A stretch of 64,000 nt of DNA, from the sequence record NC_023719.1; one strand, written 5' to 3'. Position numbers and translations under genes: made by a program. Below, piece after piece: positions 55,226 through 64,000 of the stretch; within the stretch, counting starts at the first letter, position 1; each line of letters opens with the position of its first letter. The notes under the pieces are model-generated. The model had not been told where the DNA came from, ran no database searches, and was given only the letters and a program-made list of their open reading frames with translations.

Positions 55226-56398
55226 ATGTCATCATATGTAGTTTATGATAGAGTGGTTTTACAAACAAGTATTAAAACAAGTTTTACAACAATACCGGCA
55301 AACACTGTTTGTACGATAAAAAATGAACCAAAATTAGGGTCTTCTTTAATTTTAAAATATGGAATTGAAGAAGAAAGTGGTAACATTAGAGATTTAATTT
55401 TTGGGGCCCCAGAAACAGTAGTACGAAAAGTAAAACCAGAAGAATTACAACAATGTTCTTATAAAGATTTAGTATCAAAGAATTATTGGATTGGCAATTA
55501 TTTTATGGTAGGACCAGAAGCTGACATTAAAGGTCTCAGCTATAAGATGATAGGTAAGATTGTAAATATTGATTTAGCTCGCAATGAACAAGATGATTTA
55601 TTAACTTTTGAATTCGAAGGTAATGAATATGGATTTGAAAGAAAATTTGTAGAATTATTCTTTGAGAAATATGATGAAGAGTTTGAAAGTATGTTAGGGG
55701 AAGAATTTATTTCTAAAAACCAACCAAAGAACTTTTTCCTTCCAGGTGCAAGAATGTTTTATGGCAATGAAATTGTAATCATTAATAGAATTTTAGAGAA
55801 TGATAAAGTTTTGATTGAAACAATGGAACATGAAGAGAAAGAATTATCAAAAGATGATTTAACTCCTATTCTTTCTGTCGAAGGCGGGTTCTATGATTTA
55901 AAACATGAAGAAGTAGTCCCACAGAACTATACTGTTGGAAATGCTTTAGTAGCTAAGGAAGAAATTTCTAGGCATAGTTTATTGAATAAGTTAATAAATC
56001 CGCAAGATCAAGTTCAGGTTTTAGAGCTTGATGGAGTTAACATAAATGCATTTGAAGATGTCTACACTGTTATGATTAATAACGATGAAGACGTTGTAAC
56101 TAAAGTAAGTTATTTAGATTTAAAAAGATTCTTTGATCCAATTATGAAGGTTGAAAATAAAGAAGAAGTATTTGATACAAGCGTATTTGAAAATAATGTA
56201 CCATTAAATCAAGATCAAGAAGATAATAAAGAAGATGAAATTACTATCACTATTCACGAATTGAGCATTTTAGGCTATAATTTTAAGATTGATAAAGTCG
56301 ATGATGATAAGTTTTATATTGATGATCAAGAAAAACCATTTTACTTTTCAAAATTAGACTCTTTGATTAGAGCATTACAAACACTAGATAAAATTTAA
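55226..56398 (+). CDS. Hypothetical acidic protein
   Basis: GGAGG RBS; start moved to ATG 55226. Confidence 0.8.
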   Translation: MSSYVVYDRVVLQTSIKTSFTTIPANTVCTIKNEPKLGSSLILKYGIEEESGNIRDLIFGAPETVVRKVKPEELQQCSYKDLVSKNYWIGNYFMVGPEADIKGLSYKMIGKIVNIDLARNEQDDLLTFEFEGNEYGFERKFVELFFEKYDEEFESMLGEEFISKNQPKNFFLPGARMFYGNEIVIINRILENDKVLIETMEHEEKELSKDDLTPILSVEGGFYDLKHEEVVPQNYTVGNALVAKEEISRHSLLNKLINPQDQVQVLELDGVNINAFEDVYTVMINNDEDVVTKVSYLDLKRFFDPIMKVENKEEVFDTSVFENNVPLNQDQEDNKEDEITITIHELSILGYNFKIDKVDDDKFYIDDQEKPFYFSKLDSLIRALQTLDKI

Positions 56399-56424
56399 AA
56401 ACAAATGAGAGGGGCGATTTCGAT

Positions 56425-56835
56425 ATGTCGAAAAACGCAAAACATGAATTACGTCGTCAAGAAATTTTAGAAGTTATGGGTAAATATAAAGATGAATTTG
56501 GAAATATTGATTTAAGTCGTTTACGTAAGGAAGATAATAAAACTTACAATAAAATTTCATACTATTTTGGATCAATTGATGAAGCATTGATTGCATGTGG
56601 TTCTCAAAATACTGAAGAAGAACGTGGCGCTGATAAAGGCGCTCCAGTAAATCGCAAAACATTACGTAATGAATTAGCATTTGATATGTTAACTCAGCTT
56701 CGTGAAAAATATACATTAGAAGAAATTGCTCAATCATATGGTTGTTCACGAGCTCACGTAAATCAATTATTCCAATCTTTAGCTAAATCTGTAGGTGCTG
56801 CTAACAAGGAAGATAATGAAGATGTAGCTAAATAA
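56425..56835 (+). CDS. HTH DNA-binding protein
   Basis: YTLEEIAQSYGCSRAHVNQLF; N-terminal YFGS..EAL..G motif. Confidence 0.7.
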   Translation: MSKNAKHELRRQEILEVMGKYKDEFGNIDLSRLRKEDNKTYNKISYYFGSIDEALIACGSQNTEEERGADKGAPVNRKTLRNELAFDMLTQLREKYTLEEIAQSYGCSRAHVNQLFQSLAKSVGAANKEDNEDVAK

Positions 56836-56950
56836 AAACTTAGTCTGTAGATTAAAACTACAGACTATTTTTATGATTTCTTATTGAAAAACAGTTTACA
56901 AAATACATAAATCGTGTTATAATAAAAATATAAGGTAAGGAGGGAAAACA

Positions 56951-57433
56951 ATGAAAAAAGAAATTGCTGATTTAAATAAAAATCTTATAGAGACATTGTT
57001 TGATTTAAAGAAATCAGTATATATCTTAGGTCATCTTTGGAGTTCTCATGATGGTTCTGGTGTTACAAGATTTGATTCAATATTAGGTGGGGATAATTAT
57101 CCATTCAAGCAACCATTTTTTGAGGTTTGTTCTTTAATTTCAGCTTGGGTTAACAATGCTATAGAAAAACTTGGTGGTGAAATTAAAGAAATTGATATTA
57201 ATTATGTAGATAATCCTAGTAATGATGATATGATTGAAGCCTTAAAGAAAACGTACAAAGTGTTCTTTGACTTATCAATACTTTGGGATAGTGCTAGTAT
57301 GCTTAGCGAAAGAATGGAAGAAATTTTAAATGAAGAATATCATTTAAATGTTTCATTTCCAGAATTAGAGAACGATGTGCATTATTGGGTATTTAATTCA
57401 GTAGATTCACTTAGAGAATTAGATATTTGTTAA
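56951..57433 (+). CDS. Hypothetical protein with internal duplication
   Basis: L....Y.L..LW.S...W occurs twice. Confidence 0.75.
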   Translation: MKKEIADLNKNLIETLFDLKKSVYILGHLWSSHDGSGVTRFDSILGGDNYPFKQPFFEVCSLISAWVNNAIEKLGGEIKEIDINYVDNPSNDDMIEALKKTYKVFFDLSILWDSASMLSERMEEILNEEYHLNVSFPELENDVHYWVFNSVDSLRELDIC

Positions 57434-57520
57434 AAGTTGTTAAAAATCAATTACGATGTTTATAAAATGGATTTATAGAAAATATATATACACAATTTAT
57501 TTATTGGGGGAAAACACACT

Positions 57521-58123
57521 ATGGGTAAAAAATTACTTAAAACACACAAAATATCATTTGAAGGAGATAATCTAGATTTTAACTGGTATGCAGTAGTGGT
57601 TGCGTTTAATCATGAACGTAGAGTTGCTGAAGTATTAAGATCTCGCTTTGAAAATATGGGTGCTGGTGATAAATTAGAAGAAGTATTTGTTCCTATTGAA
57701 GAATGGGAAGAAGAAACTTTAGGTAGAGTTCGTAAAGATGGTACTCGAGCTGTACGTAAAGTAAAAAAATCCCGTAATCTTCTTGAATCAGGATACATTT
57801 TTATCCGTATGTGTATGACAGATGAAACTTGGAATATTGTTCGCCAAACATCAGGAGTTTCAGGTTGGTTAAAAATGGACGGAAGACCACAAGTTGTACC
57901 AAATGAAGATATACTGCGCATGAAGCAGCAGTTAGTAAAAGAAGAAGATAAAGTTGAAAAAGTAAAATTCAATGGTAAAATAGGTGATAGAGTTCGAATT
58001 AAAAATGGTCCATTTGAAAACTTTGAAGGTAAGATCTTGAATGCAATTGAAGCAGAAGTCTTAGTTGTCACAGACAATGGAGTTAAAATAGAAGTTAGCC
58101 CATCAATCTTAGAGGTTATGTAG
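57521..58123 (+). CDS. nusG: NusG-family transcription elongation factor (NGN + KOW)
   Basis: WYAV....HE, VFVP.E, GYIFIRM, W..VR.T.GV.G, KOW GDRVRI..GPFENFEG. Confidence 0.85.
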   Translation: MGKKLLKTHKISFEGDNLDFNWYAVVVAFNHERRVAEVLRSRFENMGAGDKLEEVFVPIEEWEEETLGRVRKDGTRAVRKVKKSRNLLESGYIFIRMCMTDETWNIVRQTSGVSGWLKMDGRPQVVPNEDILRMKQQLVKEEDKVEKVKFNGKIGDRVRIKNGPFENFEGKILNAIEAEVLVVTDNGVKIEVSPSILEVM

Positions 58124-58139
58124 AAAGGAGACATGAAAA

Positions 58140-58787
58140 ATGTCAGATATCAGATATGGAGAAGCATCTCTTCGTGCTAAGGAGTATTCATCAAACAAAG
58201 TAAAAAGTGAATTAAATAAGAATGTAACAGATCAAGGATTACGTTTTGTAAAATTAACTTCAATGATTCCTAACTGGGAAACGTATCTTACTCCAAAACA
58301 GCGTGAATCTGCTAAACGATACTTATCAACTATGAATGCCAATGAAGTTGACTGGCAATTAAATTTAAGTTTCGGTACAACTTACCAGCGTATTTTTGGT
58401 AGTGCTAAATCTAAAGGAGCAATTGGTAGGTTGGAAGAAATTTATAAAATGCTTGAAAATAGTGGTTTCTTTGCAGTAAAACAAAAAGAAGCAGAACAGA
58501 AAGCTGAGCATAAAGCTCCAGTGAAAATGACTTCGAAAACATTAGATAAAGTACGAGAGTTATTCAGTTTAATTAGTAACACTCCTAATTGGAAAAATTA
58601 TCTAACTGAGCCACAAATTGAGAAAGTAACAGCATTACTAGAAACAAGAAGTTTTAAAAAAGGAGCCGCCGCATGCGATGTCTCAATGCAAGCCTATCAA
58701 ACATCTTTAATTGGAGACAAAGGTGTACTTGATAGACTAAGACGGGCGAAGGAAATGATGACAGTTAATACTTGGGAAGAAATTTAA
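58140..58787 (+). CDS. Hypothetical two-repeat protein, paralog of 21451
   Basis: P.WE.YLT / TPNWKNYLT repeats followed by HTH-like helices. Confidence 0.75.
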   Translation: MSDIRYGEASLRAKEYSSNKVKSELNKNVTDQGLRFVKLTSMIPNWETYLTPKQRESAKRYLSTMNANEVDWQLNLSFGTTYQRIFGSAKSKGAIGRLEEIYKMLENSGFFAVKQKEAEQKAEHKAPVKMTSKTLDKVRELFSLISNTPNWKNYLTEPQIEKVTALLETRSFKKGAAACDVSMQAYQTSLIGDKGVLDRLRRAKEMMTVNTWEEI

Positions 58788-58891
58788 CAGAAGGAACTTT
58801 TCCTTCTGTTTTTTTATTTTTTATTAAAAAACAGTTTACATAATGAGAGAATTAGTGTATAATGAAATTATAAGGTAAGGAGGTAATATTT

Positions 58892-59662
58892 GTGGAATTA
58901 ATTGAAGGATTAATAAAATACTTAGATGAATTAAAGCCGATACAGATTGAACATAAAGATGCTGAAGTTAGTAAAGAAGAAGACTTAGAGTTTTTAAAAG
59001 AAGTCGTAAATCAAATAAAAGTAAAACCAGCTAGTGAAAAAGAAAGAGAGTTTTTAAGATATGGGTTTTTCTTTTCAGGAGATCATTTATTTTACGATGA
59101 GAGTTTTGTAAAAAAAATGTCTAGTGAGAAAATAAACCAAGCAATACTTAATCACCTTTTCCATTTTATGTCTGGCGCACACTTTTATGATAGTTATAGA
59201 ATTACAAGAGGGAACAGACATATGAGTGTATGTGCTCTATATTTTGCTCATTTTAATATATCGAAAGTTAAACCTTCATATGTGCAGAATACAAGAGGTT
59301 CTTTTTATGAAAGACATGTGAAGTATGATGGTAAAGGATTGTTATTTATGCCGCCTACTAGTTCCGATAAATACTTCTTTGAAGAATACGAAGCTGGCAA
59401 TATAGGCATTTTAGACTTTATGGAATTTTCAACTATTGAAAAGTACGATTTTAACGAAGGTATTGTTTATGATTATAGAATGGTTTTAAATCATATTACG
59501 GTGAGAAGAGGAATTAATAGCATTAATGTAATAAAGAAGCGAATTATTTTACTTAAGAATAATGATGGAACATTTACAAAAGTTAATGCAAGTAATGCAA
59601 AAGGGAAAGAGCTGTTAGAATTAAGAAAGGTAATGAAAACTTTGGGAGGTGAACAAAAATGA
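58892..59662 (+). CDS. Hypothetical protein
   Basis: Early promoter, AAGGAGG RBS. Confidence 0.8.
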   Translation: MELIEGLIKYLDELKPIQIEHKDAEVSKEEDLEFLKEVVNQIKVKPASEKEREFLRYGFFFSGDHLFYDESFVKKMSSEKINQAILNHLFHFMSGAHFYDSYRITRGNRHMSVCALYFAHFNISKVKPSYVQNTRGSFYERHVKYDGKGLLFMPPTSSDKYFFEEYEAGNIGILDFMEFSTIEKYDFNEGIVYDYRMVLNHITVRRGINSINVIKKRIILLKNNDGTFTKVNASNAKGKELLELRKVMKTLGGEQK

Positions 59663-60015
59663 AAGTTTTAAATTACGAAAGCATATCTCAAATTCACGCT
59701 TTAACTAGTAAATTGTATCATTGGCATAAGAGTTTATGGGGGACAAATAGAAAGTTATACAACAAACTTAAGCATTTAAAGAGCGATATTTATGATCTTT
59801 ACCAGTCGACTTATTATAATGCTATTTCCGGTAATGAGATGACTGTAGAGAAAGGTATAAGGGTTTTAGGAGAACTTAAAAGCCTTACGATAATAATTGA
59901 TTTTGAATATACTGATAGTTTAATAGAAGAGCTTAAGGAAAAAGCGGAAGTATTATTAGTGACAATTCAAATGATGGAACATGAAAATTCAGTATTTGAT
60001 AATTTAATGCCTTAA
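59659..60015 (+). CDS. Hypothetical protein
   Basis: GGAGG RBS. Confidence 0.75.
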   Translation: MKVLNYESISQIHALTSKLYHWHKSLWGTNRKLYNKLKHLKSDIYDLYQSTYYNAISGNEMTVEKGIRVLGELKSLTIIIDFEYTDSLIEELKEKAEVLLVTIQMMEHENSVFDNLMP

Positions 60016-60108
60016 AATATTTAATCACTGAGGATTCAGATTAATTCCTCAGTGATTTTAATTTATTTTCCTATATTATATATAATGATTATATTAAATA
60101 TAGGAAGG

Positions 60109-60363
60109 ATGAACAGAGTGAAATCTATAATAGGAATCATTTTAATACTTATGGGAATAGTGCTGGGAGCGTACGTAGGGATATGGATATGCTTTGTAGG
60201 TGGTATTATTGATATAATTGATACCGCAAAAGCTGGATTATTTGAAACAAAAGTAATTGCTTGGGGAGTTGCAAAGATAGTTTTCGCTAGTACTATAGGA
60301 GCTTTAGCAGGATATGTATTAATTATTCCGGGTTGGGCAATGATTGGGTCTTCAAAATTTTAG
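60109..60363 (+). CDS. Small membrane protein
   Basis: Hydrophobic; start moved downstream of terminator. Confidence 0.7.
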   Translation: MNRVKSIIGIILILMGIVLGAYVGIWICFVGGIIDIIDTAKAGLFETKVIAWGVAKIVFASTIGALAGYVLIIPGWAMIGSSKF

Positions 60364-60431
60364 ATAATTAGGTATTTTTTCCTTATTAGGTTAATATAAT
60401 ATAATAACAATATAACCTGGAGGGAAATAAA

Positions 60432-60740
60432 ATGGCTAATCGTCAACAACGTAGAGCAGGGAAGAAATTACTCAATAAGCCAGAGGTTAAGCAATACGTA
60501 GATCAATTCTGTATGGAGTTTTCAAGCATGCTGGTTGAAAGTTGCGAAGTTGCTAGGGAAGAAGCGAAAGCAAATAATACAAAGATTGATTTTGAAAAAA
60601 TGCATAATCAATTAGAACCACTTATGAGAACTAAGGGTGAAGAGTTAGGTAAAAAAGTGCAAGAAATGGTGCAGAAGCAGAATAACAAGTCTAAGATTTC
60701 TTTTAATTCTTATACAGAAAATATAAATTTAAAACATTGA
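60432..60740 (+). CDS. Hypothetical protein
   Basis: GGAGG RBS; NRQQRR N-terminus. Confidence 0.75.
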   Translation: MANRQQRRAGKKLLNKPEVKQYVDQFCMEFSSMLVESCEVAREEAKANNTKIDFEKMHNQLEPLMRTKGEELGKKVQEMVQKQNNKSKISFNSYTENINLKH

Positions 60741-60930
60741 AATACAAATGTAATTTAGCGGTAAAAAAAGAAAACAAAATATATGATACAATAAAAAGGT
60801 AACTTGATTAGTTGCCTTTTTTTATTTTTAAAAAAAATCTAAAAAACTGTTTACATTACTACAAATTGTGATATAATAAATATATAAGGTGATAAGGTAA
60901 ATACTACAATACAGATTAGGGGTTAGACAA

Positions 60931-61701
60931 ATGATTAAAACAAATAATACGATTAAAGCTTTAACAGCATCACTTGCACTATTGATACCAGCTACTTTAG
61001 GTACAGACAGTGTAGAAGCAATAATTTTAACACCACAAGAGGTTGCAGTTAAAGAAGCTTTAAAAGAAAAACAGATTTTACTAGAAGAAGAAAAACGTAA
61101 TAGTTATATACAGATGATGCAGGTTATTGAACAACAAAAGCGACAAGAAGAACTAAAAAGAGAAAAAGAAGAAGCTGAAAGAAGAGAGCAGGCTTTATTA
61201 TTGGAGCAAAGAAAAAATTTCTTCTATTTGGTATCAACTAAAAATATAACGCAATTAGATTTAACAACAGCTTCCGGTTTAACTGTTGAACAAGTAGAGA
61301 GTATTTTGAGTAATACGGGATTAGCTGGATTGGGTAAAGCGTTTGTAGAAGCTGAACAGAATTATAGTGTAAATGTATATTATTTAATGGCGCATGCTGC
61401 TTGGGAAAGTCAATGGGGTAAATCTCAATTAGCAATAAATAAGAATAACTTATTTGGATTTACTGCATATGATGCGACTCCTGGGGAAAGTGCCACTAAG
61501 TTCTCATCAAAAGCTCAATGTATTGATGTAGTTGCAAGATATGTAAAAAATAACTATTTAAATAATGATGGTCAACATTACAATGGTTCAACTTTAAAAG
61601 GTATGAATGTTAAATACGCTTCAGACACTGCGTGGGCAGAGGGTATTGGGAGTATTATGAAAAAGTTTGTAGGTGACGCTAAAAAAATTAATCAAATTTA
61701 A
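60931..61701 (+). CDS. Secreted glucosaminidase-family peptidoglycan hydrolase
   Basis: Signal peptide, coiled coil, then AHAAWES.WGKS, NNLFG, YASD..WA. Confidence 0.88.
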   Translation: MIKTNNTIKALTASLALLIPATLGTDSVEAIILTPQEVAVKEALKEKQILLEEEKRNSYIQMMQVIEQQKRQEELKREKEEAERREQALLLEQRKNFFYLVSTKNITQLDLTTASGLTVEQVESILSNTGLAGLGKAFVEAEQNYSVNVYYLMAHAAWESQWGKSQLAINKNNLFGFTAYDATPGESATKFSSKAQCIDVVARYVKNNYLNNDGQHYNGSTLKGMNVKYASDTAWAEGIGSIMKKFVGDAKKINQI

Positions 61702-61823
61702 ACATATACAAAAGGCTAAGATATTATTAATATATCTTAGCTTTGAGCTATAAAAACTGTTTACATAGTATGCAACTTTAGTTATAATATATATATAAGG
61801 ATTTAATAAGGAGTGGTAAAGAA

Positions 61824-62759
61824 TTGAATACTACAAACGAAGAATCATTTGATAAATTATTAAGTTTAATAGATGAAGCAACCAACATGCTAGATAGGTT
61901 AAAAACAATTAATGAAACACTTGAAGAGATGCAAGGAAATAGTGAAGTTGGAAGACGAGTACCTTTTGGTATGAATTACACTATGCTTTTTGACGCTATT
62001 GATAACTTAGAGGATTTCTTGAGAATTAAAGGGCAAGTTGAAAAAGCAAAAGAAGACTTTAGTCTAATTGATACTTTTGAAATAGGCGATATTGCTAAAG
62101 CTAAAGTTGATATTAGAATTGGTGGTAGACAAGAAATGCATTATAGTAATGCTCGTTTAGATGTAACTGGATATGTTCGTTATTCAAAGGATAAAACATT
62201 TTCTATTATTGATTTTGATGGTGTTGATTATGTATTAGAAGATTTTACTAACAATTATTTATTATTTGTCGATAAGGGTTTAATGAATACGTTTTTTAAT
62301 AAAACCGAAGAAAAAGAGACTAGGAGTTTCTTAAGAGTTGATTTTTTATTTACTGGGATTAAGAAGAAGTATTTAAAGAATTTATCTAGTATACGTTTAT
62401 TTTCAGAAAAAGCTAGAGAGCGTACTAATAATAGTTGGGAATTTGGGCAGAATTATGATGATCAAACTCCTTTAGTTAAATTAACAATCGATGAGACATT
62501 TGGTAATATGTGTTCAGTTTATTTTAATGAGAAGTTAGCTCAAAATTATACTGACTTTATATTATATTTTAATGATATTTTTGCAGTAGGTTTTAGTCAA
62601 AGTAAGAGTAATAAAGATATTTACAAATATAATGGAAAGATTAGTTTTTATACAAAAGAGAAGGGAAAGTATGGAGTTCATTATTTCCCTAAAGATGTTT
62701 TGTATGGAACAACAAGTGATCGTATTTTAACTTTACTTGAAGTAAAACAATTAAATTAA
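61824..62759 (+). CDS. Hypothetical protein
   Basis: Early promoter, AAGGAG RBS. Confidence 0.8.
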   Translation: MNTTNEESFDKLLSLIDEATNMLDRLKTINETLEEMQGNSEVGRRVPFGMNYTMLFDAIDNLEDFLRIKGQVEKAKEDFSLIDTFEIGDIAKAKVDIRIGGRQEMHYSNARLDVTGYVRYSKDKTFSIIDFDGVDYVLEDFTNNYLLFVDKGLMNTFFNKTEEKETRSFLRVDFLFTGIKKKYLKNLSSIRLFSEKARERTNNSWEFGQNYDDQTPLVKLTIDETFGNMCSVYFNEKLAQNYTDFILYFNDIFAVGFSQSKSNKDIYKYNGKISFYTKEKGKYGVHYFPKDVLYGTTSDRILTLLEVKQLN

Positions 62760-62781
62760 AATAATGGAAGGGAGAAAATAT

Positions 62782-62985
62782 ATGATTAATACAAGAGATA
62801 TTGCTTTAGATATTCTTATGGGAGAATTAGATACGTCTGATTTAGTGAATGATGTTGAGTTTCTAAAAGAAGTTGATGAGTCTATTTTACTATTAGTTAA
62901 GAAAAATAATACTTGGTCAGATTCTTTTGTTGCTAAGAAGCGTAAAGCAATATTGATTAAAATTGAGAAATTGTCAGAAGGGTGA
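62782..62985 (+). CDS. Small hypothetical protein
   Basis: GGGAG RBS; start moved to ATG 62782. Confidence 0.65.
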   Translation: MINTRDIALDILMGELDTSDLVNDVEFLKEVDESILLLVKKNNTWSDSFVAKKRKAILIKIEKLSEG

Positions 62986-62991
62986 ATGTAA

Positions 62992-63438
62992 GTGGATGTA
63001 TTTAAAGAGTTAGAAGATATTAATAAGAATCTCAAGAAGTTGAGGGATTCAATTTACGAGAACAATGTATTTGAAAAGTCTACTAAATTACAGCAAGATA
63101 CGTTTTATAGAATGTTAAAGGTCTTGATAGATAAAACTATTACTTACATGGATAACTTCAATGATAAAAATCATGTAATTAAGACTAGTGAAGATATTGT
63201 TAAAATGCAAAACGAATTGAAAAATAGTGAAATAACTTTTTATTTAAATACTTTTCAACAAAAGTTGAGTTGGTATTATGAAAATGATAAGTCTGGAGAC
63301 AGTTTTATCCCCGCTTCAGATATGATGATTTTATGGCCATTAAGAGCTATTAATGAAAGAATGTATCGCTACTTATTTAATCAAACTCACGATCATAAGT
63401 TTGATAATTTCTTTAATGAAATAGATGAACAAGTGTAA
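62992..63438 (+). CDS. Hypothetical protein
   Basis: Co-directional ORF. Confidence 0.7.
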   Translation: MDVFKELEDINKNLKKLRDSIYENNVFEKSTKLQQDTFYRMLKVLIDKTITYMDNFNDKNHVIKTSEDIVKMQNELKNSEITFYLNTFQQKLSWYYENDKSGDSFIPASDMMILWPLRAINERMYRYLFNQTHDHKFDNFFNEIDEQV

Positions 63439-63496
63439 TAGATATAAAAACTTCTCTTATTTTGTAGTTAAATACGAATAAGAGAGGTTTTTTATT

Positions 63497-63817
63497 GTGT
63501 CTAGACTTAGAAAATTAGCAAACTTATCAGAAGAGCTTGGAGAAGAATACTCAACAGCGAGCGGGAAAGTAACTCCTTATCATATATTGTTTAAAGATAA
63601 TGGTGATGAAATTGCTTCTATGGATGTGGAAGCCGCTATACAATTTTGTTCTACAAAAATAGATGACTTAAATGAACAATATAAGAGTGACCCAAGTTAC
63701 TATATGATTATTGACCAAGAGAAAGAAGAGTTCTTGCAGTCATTGCGTGATTGTCAAAATGGTATGGATGTAGTATTTACTATTAAAGATTATTTATTAA
63801 GAGCAGATGAGAAGTAA
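63497..63817 (+). CDS. Hypothetical protein with N-terminal SRLRKLA motif
   Basis: GAGAGG RBS; motif shared with 10868. Confidence 0.75.
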   Translation: MSRLRKLANLSEELGEEYSTASGKVTPYHILFKDNGDEIASMDVEAAIQFCSTKIDDLNEQYKSDPSYYMIIDQEKEEFLQSLRDCQNGMDVVFTIKDYLLRADEK

Positions 63818-63938
63818 GTATTTAAAGTAGAGGGAAATCCTTTACTTTTTCATTTTTTTATGTATAATTCACTATATAGTTGTATATAATGATATTAAAT
63901 AAGGATTATAAAAAAATGAAAACGGAGGAATGAAGATT

Positions 63939-64000
63939 ATGAAGATTAAGCCAATTCCATTTAATTACGGTTTGTTAGTAAAGGATTTTCCTGGGACAGA
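63939..64000 (+). CDS. 5' end of an ORF truncated by window edge
   Basis: GGAGG RBS, open frame to end. Confidence 0.55.
   Translation, partial: MKIKPIPFNYGLLVKDFPGT

Noticed and set aside
646-63817. Genome-wide stop-codon reassignment (prompted by the UUA-like tRNA)
   Set aside because: Known proteins are full-length in the standard code, and TAA, TAG and TGA all end genes directly before terminators or the next RBS
1-64000. Prophage or IS boundaries
   Set aside because: No integrase, transposase, att-like duplication or host housekeeping block seen

Overview
Very AT-rich window with densely packed genes, almost all on the + strand, that reads as the early/accessory region of a large lytic phage of Bacillaceae. 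The host is inferred from Spx-, YpiB/ReoY-, RsfA- and YqeY-like genes and more than 30 copies of a sigmaA-type promoter. No capsid, tail, polymerase, integrase or cas genes are visible. 0.6-9.8 kb holds tandem families of small paralogous ORFs. 13.9-15.4 kb is the only minus-strand operon (ParM/ParR-like). It is followed by UvsE, two GGCT-like genes, a CCA-adding enzyme, three ADP-ribosyltransferase-like genes, seven 23-aa Trp-repeat proteins, a MoxR-like AAA+ and vWA pair, NusG and a glucosaminidase. The centre (28.6-42.1 kb) is an RNA-rich island. It contains a Ro60/TROVE gene preceded by an array of Y-RNA-like modules (seven in the window; one carries a circularly permuted tRNA domain, the rest have unrelated variable loops). 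It also holds about ten tRNAs (several structurally aberrant), a tmRNA with a short tag, and at least three unassigned structured RNAs, one tightly coupled to a coiled-coil protein gene. All protein names come from motif recognition by eye, not database searches.
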